A stretch of 46,046 bases of DNA from NCBI GenBank assembly GCA_031763465.1, contig JARFOE010000013.1, positions 3,533,121 through 3,579,166 on the forward strand. The letters are read 5' to 3'. The notes under the pieces are model-generated. The model saw only the letters and a list, made by a program, of their open reading frames with translations. It had not been told where the DNA came from and did no database searches. This DNA is from Squatina squatina (Eukaryota). The stretch's first letter is position 1, and the number at the start of each line of letters is the position of its first letter. Positions 37,570 through 46,046 of this stretch are shown here, one piece after another. The translations under genes were made by a program, and so were the position numbers.

Positions 37570-37709
37570 GAGATGATTTAAACTTGACAAAGGTTCCTCG
37601 GGCACAGACCTTCCCAAGCTACATCTCAGAACAGAGTCACGAGCACCAGCACTTATTATCGCCGTCTAGTGGCTACGGATCAAGCTACAGCTCTGGGCTG
37701 GCCCAGTGA
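37570..37709 (+). CDS. DOK6: Docking protein 6, last coding exon
   Basis: Acceptor ttttttccccctgacag, phase 1; (G)DDLNLTKVPRAQTFPSYISEQSHEHQHLLSPSSGYGSSYSSGLAQ*; RAQTFPSY..EQS and SYSS.L.Q* are DOK6-type. Confidence 0.92.
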
Positions 37710-38029
37710 TGTGCATCGAACAATGGGGAGAGTCACTGTGAGCCGGGCCACACTTGTACTGAGAGAATCCTGATGATCTAACAGTGAGGGGGTGAGGACT
37801 AAATACAGGTGAAACAAAACAAGACTCGAGTGGCTTTTACTGTACTTGAAGCATTCAGGTGATAAACTGAATATTCATAGGCTTAAAAAGAATTTTTTTT
37901 AACATTAAATCCTGAGCAAAGGACGTGACAAAAGTGCGCAGGAAAATCATAAGGAGCACAGCCATCAACAGACTAGTACATGCTTATAAAAATAGTAAAC
38001 TACACAAGGTAAAACCAGAGGAAGACATT

Positions 38030-38700
38030 TAGACAATTGGTCAGCACCCAAACGGGGGTCTGCGGGGGCACCGCGCCGGCAGCAAAGGTTGCTGACCCGG
38101 AATTGGGCACTTTGTCACAATTCCGGGTCAGCGCAACGTGGCAACGCTAAAAAAGCCCGGCAAATGCAGCGGCCTTAGTGGGGTGGGTCACAGGCTGATT
38201 CAATGATTCAATGGAGGCCAATCCAGCAATGCTGGACCACCAGGGAGCCAGGTCCGGGCGGTGAAAAATGCTAGCACGCTAGAGAGCATGTTGGTAAATG
38301 CGGCCAGCGGCGATGGTGGCCAATCAGCCGCCATTCATCAGCCGACGATGAAGTCGGCCAATGTAAAAAAAAATGGCGGCCAGTGGTGCTGTCACAGCAC
38401 CTTTAACCCACCTTGTACAATGCCTGGGACTCGCTGGTGAGCCGCCCTTCAATTCTGGAGGTGGCTCGCCAGCAATGCAGAGGGGTTTGCAGGCTGGCAT
38501 AGAGGGATTGGCACGTGATTTGATGATGTCGCAAGCCTTACCCCAGCGCCAACGGCATCCCCGGCAACGGGGCCTTAGCGCCACGAGGGCGCCAGGCCTA
38601 ATTACTCAAATTGAAAATTTTTAAATTTGTGCTGCTTTAGCGCCCGGGTGGTGCCACTGTTCGGCGCAACCATGGGTCTAAAACAGACCAATTGGGACCC
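38030..38700. mobile_element. GC-rich non-autonomous DNA element just 3' of the DOK6 stop
   Basis: GC/CpG-rich block bounded by CAATTGGTC (~38034) and GACCAATTGGGACCC (ends 38700); related ends at ~3173-3188 and ~8599-8614. Confidence 0.5.
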
Positions 38701-41465
38701 CTTTGTCTTCTTAGACAGATTTGTGTGCACCTTTTGAAGTGGCTTAGTGAGTTGTAGTGAATGGCCAGACATAAGAGTACCCCACACAGTGGTGATGAGT
38801 GTGAAAGGAATGGCTTGGTCATTGTAGGGATGCTTTATGGTGCTGGTGTGGGGTGGTGCCAACCTGACACATAATGTGTCAGCCAGGGCGTACAGCATCA
38901 AGCAAAGTAAATCTGGCAATGAAGAGGTCATCACTGGCNNNNNNNNNNNNNNNNNNNNNNNNNNNNNNNNNNNNNNNNNNNNNNNNNNNNNNNNNNNNNN
39001 NNNNNNNNNNNNNNNNNNNNNNNNNNNNNNNNNNNNNNACACAGATAATACTTGAAAATATCTCAGTGGGGATTACTGATCAAGAGATTCAACAAAAATG
39101 GATTATAGGCCCTCGGTTACAGAATTATTTTGTAGGGTAAAACAATGGTCAAACTCACCGTTGACCATGTGTTGCAGAAGTGACACCGACTGCAGAGTAA
39201 ACTGTTAAACAGTAAAAGTCGGGCTGCTGAAACAGCAATTATGCCAATGATTACAAATTAATAAAATAATTTTGCAGGTGACCTGAAATACAGTCGGCCA
39301 GACATTACTCACCATAAGTCCAAAGGTAGACTAGCTCTGGATTCCTGCAGTCTACATGGTTGTCACCTTTAGGTTTGATTCACAAGAAAAGTAAGTTGGA
39401 TTTACTCTCAATCACAGCAGAGATGAAGCAACCCAGTGCTCTTATAGAAGTGACTTCTACCTGAAATCCCATTCACGAGATCTCAAGAGTTCTTTATCTG
39501 ACAATATAAGCTCGCATCTTCCTCCAGAATTGAGGTAAAGATGAAATACACTGGGTGCTGGGTGGTGTTTGTCGGCGCTTGTGTGGCTTTGTACTTACAA
39601 AGGGTCTTGTTTCATTGTCTGCAGTGCACAAATGAGTAGTAATAAACAGGTGGCAGGCTCAGGCAGAAACCAACAGTTAGATGGTCACGTCTCTTTTGTG
39701 AGGCATTTCTTCCAGAGATATGCAAAGTGATCTTTCCCACTCTGTCTTAGAAGGTTAATAAAGTCCCACGCGTTTAACATGCAATTATAACAAATGCTTG
39801 TTTCACTGTGATGTACATAATTAATTAAAGAGAGGAGACGGAGATTGGTACTACCTATAGCTACGTTTTTTTTCCATAGTGTGCTGTTTTTGACATAAAT
39901 TTGTATTATGTTTATAATTGTATTTGTGGAACTTTTCTAACTATATTGCTAACTTGCTTTTCCACCTCCCCCTTTTATCATGGTTTCCACCTCCTAGTTG
40001 TTCAGTCAAGTTATTTCCCTCCATATTTCCTGCACCGTGACTCTCGTTTACTGTGCGTACATTTCCTTTTTCTAATGGTTATTTGCTCTCCCTATACTCA
40101 AAACCTTGTATACTGTAAATCTCAATAGGTCTTGAGAAACTCTAGGGTGCTGATGGAATCAGTTGCCTATTTAGGCTTTAGGCTCCTGTTTAATAACACC
40201 GCAGGTATTTCAAATGTTGTAAGTCATGCACTTTGTGCACTGGGCTGGCAACTAATTTCAATCATAGTTCACTCACTTCCATTCTGTTAACACCAGCTTC
40301 AGCCTGTATGCGCTGTTTCTATCAATCTTCAAAAAATGCGAATGCATGGCGTCAGGAATTCACTGACTTCAGTGAAATCCCAAAGTCTATAGTCTCCTAG
40401 ATTTGTTGATGAGGTCCACTGTTTAAACTACAAGCATATAGCACAGAGATTGTTTAATCACTTGCATTGTCTCAGTTTATTTGAATGTTGACAATTTCAC
40501 TGTTGTGGGAAATTATATTTACATGCTATTCATAATTGTTACGTTGTTGAATTTTGGAAAATCATGTGCATTGCATTTTGGAAAAATGAGTCATTTGCTT
40601 GTGAATTCTGTATTGGGCCCATGTTTACACTTAAACGCCTACTGAGGTTAGTACAATCAATAAAGTAACAACCGCATTCCTGATTGCATCTAGTGCTACA
40701 AAAACTATGGTAAAAATGTGAAAACCACCTTGCAAAATGTGTAGATCGAGTATTGTTGTAACTCAACCAGCAGCCAATGGGTTTTTGTGGTAGCAAAGCT
40801 TCACGAGTAGGTTATTCCAGGAATTGAGTACTGTCTAGAAAATCCCTAAGATGTTACCAATGTTATGATGGATGTGAAAATATCAGTTCGCACTCTGAAA
40901 CTGCTTAGGTGAGTATCATAACTAGCGGTTAGTATTCTATGAAAACAGCAGAGTTAAATAACACTCATCTCCAGATCCATTTTTAGTTTTTTTTTTGTTG
41001 TTTGTCTCATGCACTTAATGAAAGAAACAATCTGATGAAAATGAGATACTGATTTCTAACCAAATTCATCAGACTGGCCTATGTATCTGTATCCAAAGGA
41101 AATCTGTACCTTAGTCATCATTGTCTACTGTCCTCTATTTGTCTCATGCTTCACAATGTGTTTCAGAGTATGGTTTTCAGTCGATGTTATTTTTATCTTG
41201 TAATTTATGGTTCTGTGCGACTGCTCATAGAAATAAATTANNNNNNNNNNTATCAAACTGTGGGCTTTGATGTGTGTTTTTTTTTAATTCACACACAATG
41301 ATATTTATTGCATTTTATATAATTAATTACATAAAAGCAGGTTGATTACTGTATGTGCAGATGGTTCACAATGTTCTTTTAACACATCAATTAGATTGCT
41401 TATAGAGCATCTCTGCTGTGCTCCAAGGTCCCTTCTTTAACACCCTCCTCGGTCATTTACATAAT

Positions 41466-41683
41466 GGGCCTGAAATTGCGATCTCCCTGGGTGGGAACGA
41501 TGTTCCCACGCACCTGGAGAAACATCGCAAAAGCGGGTTCNNNNNNNNNNCTCCGAATCTCCAGCTTGGGGGGGCTGAAGATCGCAAACTCCCGTGGATC
41601 CAGGACCCTTAGGTAAGTACGTAGTTTTTTTTGTGATTGGAAGCATCCGCACGCGGGAAGCTTCCAATCGCAATTTCAGGCCC
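41466..41683. mobile_element. Harbinger-type MITE
   Basis: Perfect 17-bp TIRs GGGCCTGAAATTGCGAT / ATCGCAATTTCAGGCCC with a 3-bp direct repeat AAT on both sides; a 10-N gap inside. Confidence 0.85.
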
Positions 41684-41739
41684 AATACTTCATAATCATG
41701 CATGAACGTATGTGTTTCTGTTTTTTTTCTCTCTTCCAG

Positions 41740-41909
41740 CTTATTATCTCCCAAAGGATAATAATGACTTCTACCAATTCTGCTATGTCACTCATAAGGG
41801 GGAGATTCGTGGAGCCAGCACACCTTTTGGGTTCAGACTGGCTAATTCCAGCATGTCTGACCACATGGACAGCGATTCCAGTCAGGAGATGCTCATTATC
41901 ACCACACAA
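41740..41909 (+). CDS. Internal exon of a SKICH-domain protein (TAX1BP1/CALCOCO family)
   Basis: Strong acceptor ttttttttctctcttccag, donor GTGAGT, phase 1 to 0, 170 nt, no stops; (A)YYLPKDNNDFYQFCYVTHKGEIRGASTPFGFRLANSSMSDHMDSDSSQEMLIITTQ; FYQFCYVTHKGEIRGASTPF matches TAX1BP1 as recalled. Confidence 0.9.
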
Positions 41910-42084
41910 GTGAGTCTCTTTTATTATAGCGCACACACATATATTTTCTCAGTAATCTAGTTTTCAAAGCTCAGCACACTTGAACAAGGTCAATCTGAGG
42001 GAATCTCCACTTGATACAAAGGATTTAATTCCTTAAGGGGTAAAATCACCACATTATTGGTTACATTTAGGTAGATATTATTGG

Positions 42085-42380
42085 TCCAACCATACAACCC
42101 TCCCAGGTCTCTGCGCTCCTCCAATTCTGGCCTTTTGCGCATCCCTGATTTTTATCACTCCACCATTGGCGGCCGTGCCTTCAGCTGCCTGGGCCCCGAG
42201 CTCCGGAATTCTCTACCTCCCTTTCCTCCTTAAAACCAAGCTCTTTGACCAAGCATTTGGTCACTAGCCCTAATATCTCCTTCTCTAGCACTGTATCAAT
42301 TTTTGTTTGATTTATGTTCCTGAGAAGTGCTGAGGGATGTTTTACTACATTAAAACGCTATATAAATGCAGGTTATTGTT
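42085..42380 (+). mobile_element. L2 LINE 3' end
   Basis: PYNPPRSLRSSNSGLL...STIGGRAFSCLGPELRNSLP (L2 ORF2 C-terminus) followed by the tail ...CGCTATATAAATGCAGGTTATTGTT. Confidence 0.82.
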
Positions 42381-43527
42381 ATACTGTCGAGCCTGCTGCT
42401 GCGTTTTCAGATTTCTGCTTATGTGCCGGGAATTGATCACTCTGCTGATTTAGCTCTGACCTGCTGGTACCTATCCTGCTCTGGATTTCATTCCATTGCT
42501 GCCGAATGCACTTTGCTTGCTGTCTTTCTGCCAGTCCTTAGGGATTTATTGTGTTCCTTTCAGTTCATTTTCCCCTTCATGCTTTATCTTGGAGCTCCCT
42601 CTTCTGGTAGTCCACGCTAAAGTCCTCCTGCACTGTTTCTGGCACTGTCTATTTAATGCCTGACTACTCAGTTGGTAATGTAATAATTAGTTGGCTGTAA
42701 AGCGTTTTGGGATGTCCGGAGATCGTGAATGGCGCTACACAAATGCAAGCTCTTGCTTTCCCTGTACGCACAGGGGAAAAAAGGATGCTTGCACACGCTC
42801 CCAATTGTGGTCATTAACATCGTTAAATCCCATTCACCCATCACCCCAGGTGACCAAACACTTGCTCAAAGAGGTAGGTTTTAAGCCAAGTCCTAAAGGA
42901 GAAGGAGAGGCCAAGAGTTTTGGGTGGGAATTTCTGAAATCAATATTGAACTCTAACACGTCAGTCTGGGACTCAAGGTTGGGAAGAACTGGGCTATTAA
43001 GGACCTGAGGATTCTGTAGAGCCCCCTTGGTGAAAGCAAGTCAGAGAAAGTAAACGGATTGGTGTTAGGGGTCTTTAAAAATAACAGACTCCAGACAGGT
43101 CACTTGAAAGCAAAGGTAAGCTTTATTTCCTGATATCAGNNNNNNNNNNNNNNNNNNNNNNNNNNNNNNNNNNNNNNNNNNNNNNNNNNNNNNNNNNNNN
43201 NNNNNNNNNNNNNNNNNNNNNNNNNNNNNNNNNNNNNNNAACTGTATGCACCCTCTCATCTCAGGGATCAATTTAGTCCCAGGAGCTAGCAGAAGAATGG
43301 TTTGCAAGAAACCAGAGAACCAAAGGAGATCAGGATTGATCGAGGTGCTCAGCAGCGATGAGGAGAATGATCCAGAACACACTGGTGGAGGAGGTGAAGA
43401 ATGTGAATGCCTCGTCATATCAAGTTAATTTAAAATAAGTTTGAAAGCAATTTGGTTATCCACCATACATTCATGAACCAGTAAAATAGGATAACCAGGT
43501 CAAAGGGTAAAATTTAAAATTGCTAAC

Positions 43528-43795
43528 CGTTAGCTAGAACCTTTGGCTTGTTCGCAGGATTGAAGCAAATATTGTGAAGAACAAGAAGGGCAGTGGGCTG
43601 GTTGCTTCTATGCTTGTGGTGGGACATTGCTGTCAATAGCTCCAAACTTCCATTCATCTTCACAATCATCTGCTGTCCCTCATCTCCAAAAGACATATTC
43701 AGCAATAGCTTCAGCCAAAGCATGGCCAAAATGCTTAGGGGTTTTCCTGCTGCCTTTGGTAATGGCAGCGCAAGGAAGTGCTGCAAGAAATTGCT
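43528..43795 (-). CDS. RTTN: Rotatin, late exon (armadillo-like region)
   Basis: Acceptor tttactgtag, donor GTTAG; [89 protein letters not shown]; [15 protein letters not shown] and HN.CF.PANKPK.LAN are rotatin motifs. Confidence 0.93.
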
Positions 43796-44951
43796 CTACA
43801 GTAAAGATCAGAAGCATGCAATGAGTTAATGTCCTCATACTGATGAAAGTGCAGTGTCATTGATATCAACGTTCAATATGTTGCCTGCTTAGTAGACTTT
43901 GGGGAGTTGGGTTTTACAGATGTGCCTGCTAAGTGACCACCNNNNNNNNNAGGCTGGGAAAGTGGCACGTGTCTGCTTTTAATTCTGTTAAACACTGTTT
44001 AATTACCTGTTAAATACTTAAACTAACTGGTCCACCGCTTTGTGTCAGGTTTGCGATCCACCGACAAACCCGACAGCTGGGGAACTTATAAGGGGGCGGG
44101 CTCGGAACGGGACCCTGACCTGCTGTTAATCAGTGCGATTTTGACAGCAGGCCTGCCCCCAAACCTGCACTCGCAGGGCTGGGAAGATTCCGGCCATGAT
44201 GTGCCTTCAACAAATCCATGCTGGCTGTCTTTTATTATTCCATGCATCTACAAATGCTCGCTAATTTTATCTTGAACTACGGATCCTAAGAGCTTAACCA
44301 CAATTGATCATAGTTACCCAGTTTATTCTTCTCCCACAGCACTATTTACTTATTCAAGGATGATTGAAAAATTGCGGTCAAAACCTCTGCTTGAATTCCT
44401 AGGGTGTATGCCTTCAGAGCCTGTTGACTTATCAACCTCCACTTTTGCTTACTTTTTCAGAACCAATTCCTTTCCAAAATTATCACCAACTTGTGTCCTC
44501 CTCTGGCACATTTACCTTCTCACTTCCATTTGTAAAAACTGACAAAACATTTAATACCTTTGCTGTACATTCATCATCCACAACTAGATTCCTCCTTAAT
44601 ACCAGAGTGGTATCTCTAGCTTTTTTTAAATGTTTAATATGCTTATAAAAGCCTTTTAATTTTTATATTATCTGCTAACCTTTTCTCATGTTCCCCTTTA
44701 GTCCTTTAATCTCCATTTTCACCTCCGCAACTATACGTTCAATGTTCCTCATAATTTTATTTGGCATTGTTAGCCCTGGTTTTACCATATATCTATAAGA
44801 TATTGCAATTATAAATTATAAGGGCATTGCAGAAAAGTTGATTCTACTAAATTTAAATAATTAATTTTAAAAATAATTGGAGATGTTTTAAGACTTGCAC
44901 AAAGAAGCTGCTAGGTAACACCAGAAACTTTATTCGCTGAGTGTTACTAAC

Positions 44952-44996
44952 CTTCTGCAACACACCTTTACACTCATGAGACATGACCAAATTGGA
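44952..44996 (-). CDS. RTTN: Rotatin, 3' end of the preceding exon (rest in a gap)
   Basis: SNLVMSHECKGVLQK then donor GTTAGT; phase 0 joins in frame to SNFLQ of the next exon. Confidence 0.88.
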
Positions 44997-45578
44997 NNNN
45001 NNNNNNNNNNNNNNNNNNNNNNNNNNNNNNNNNNNNNNNNNNNNNNNNNNNNNNNNNNNNNNNNNNNNNNNNNNNNNNNNNNNNNNNNNNNNNNNNCTGA
45101 CATCACCCCGAAATCTTCCACCCCTCACCTTGAATCTATGCCCCCTTGTCATGCTAAGATATTTCTTTTCTCTACCTCCCCCTCCCCCAATATATACCCA
45201 ATTTCTAAACAATAGTAAGTGACCATGGATTAGGAATAATGCATGTGGATGACCAACACCTGAACCAGAAAGATCAGCTCTCACAGTCTGAATACATTTT
45301 CATGCTCCTTGCATCCAAGCTGTTATGGCCTTATTACTGGCACATACAAACAACAAACTCATGGCCACTGGAGAACAGATTGAGAATGTTACAATTCATT
45401 TCACTTGTGACCTTTAATAGTCATTGGAGAGGATGGTTAGAGATCAGATATCCTTAAGATAGATTCGCACACAGCCTACTTTTTGGTTCATATTACTCTG
45501 CGATCACATTGAGATAATCCAACTGAAAGTCAGCCAAGACTAATTTTATAAGTGGGCTGTAATATTTGTATGACTTAC

Positions 45579-45684
45579 CCTGCAAGGCATGCTTCTGTGC
45601 ATAAACGCTTATAGGAAGCAATGCTGTGAGAGCACCCACTGCAACTTTCCTCTGAGTATCTTCAAATGATTTACCTTCATAGCT
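45579..45684 (-). CDS. RTTN: Rotatin, earlier exon
   Basis: Acceptor tttttttttctgtag, donor GTAAGT; SYEGKSFEDTQRKVAVGALTALLPISVYAQKHALQ resembles rotatin YEGKS..D..K.VA..AL..LL.VS..AQKHAL. Confidence 0.88.
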
Positions 45685-46046
45685 CTACAGAAAAAAAAAC
45701 AGTAAAGCCACATCTAAATCAACCACAGCTAACTGAAAAATATATTTTATTTATCGTAATACTGAAATAGAAATGTTAATCTTCCTTTTCTCTTATTCAA
45801 TTTTGGTTTAATCTAGTTCTATATCCTTCGTCATTCTCAAAACACAGATCCCGCTCAAGTCTCCTTTTGTTACTCAAGAATTTGAGTAGTTGTCAAATAA
45901 TATGAATCCGATAAACGCAATTTAAAATAAATCCGTATTGCAAGGGCAATGAGAATTAATGATGAATAATTAGCCCAGAGCAGTTTTTTTTTAAAATTGC
46001 TTTTCTCGGTATTAATATTTGCAAAGCAATTAGTTTAACCATTATA

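Larger units (their letters stand above)
1043..45096. other. Assembly gaps (about 27 x 100 N; 6 x 9-10 N)
   Basis: Fixed-length N runs; DOK6 exons 3, 5, 7 and several RTTN and CCDC102B exons are missing at the positions of these gaps, so true distances are unknown. Confidence 0.95.

Noticed and set aside
27317-37709. Apparently very compact DOK6 gene lacking exons 3, 5 and 7
   Set aside because: Each missing exon coincides with a 100-N gap of unknown size; this is assembly incompleteness, not exon loss.
39150-39470. Two minus-strand donor-like GGTGAGT sites, possible CD226 cytoplasmic exons
   Set aside because: The longer candidate exon is closed in all frames and the short ones show no recognisable similarity to CD226.
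40839-40908. AG...GTGAGT-bounded segment reading KSLRCYQCYDGCENISSHSETA, superficially Ly6/three-finger-like
   Set aside because: An in-frame TAG lies just before the donor, the other frames are closed, the phase does not fit Ly6 exon structure, and no partner exons were found.

Overview
Vertebrate genomic DNA, very probably a cartilaginous fish (shark/ray), judged from the repeat landscape (Deu-domain SINEs with L2 tails, CR1 and L2 LINEs, Harbinger MITEs, Penelope-type palindromes). The assembly is fragmented (about 27 runs of 100 N and 6 runs of 9-10 N), so distances are compressed and several exons are missing. The window covers the conserved block CCDC102B(+, last coding exon) - DOK6(+, exons 1, 2, part of 4, 6 and 8 visible) - RTTN(-, three late exons). 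No CD226 exon is visible between DOK6 and RTTN. Instead there is an intact, correctly spliced + strand exon encoding the C-terminal half of a SKICH domain plus a CLIR-like motif (TAX1BP1/CALCOCO autophagy-receptor family), which is the most unexpected feature. Other notable items: an inverted repeat about 1.2 kb upstream of the DOK6 ATG carrying minimal type-I hammerhead-ribozyme motifs; two decayed three-exon Myb/SANT genes and one decayed transposase from PIF/Harbinger elements; and a Gypsy RT remnant abutting a CR1 5' end that has ~90-bp tandem monomers. All gene calls come from manual translation and recalled family motifs, not database searches.
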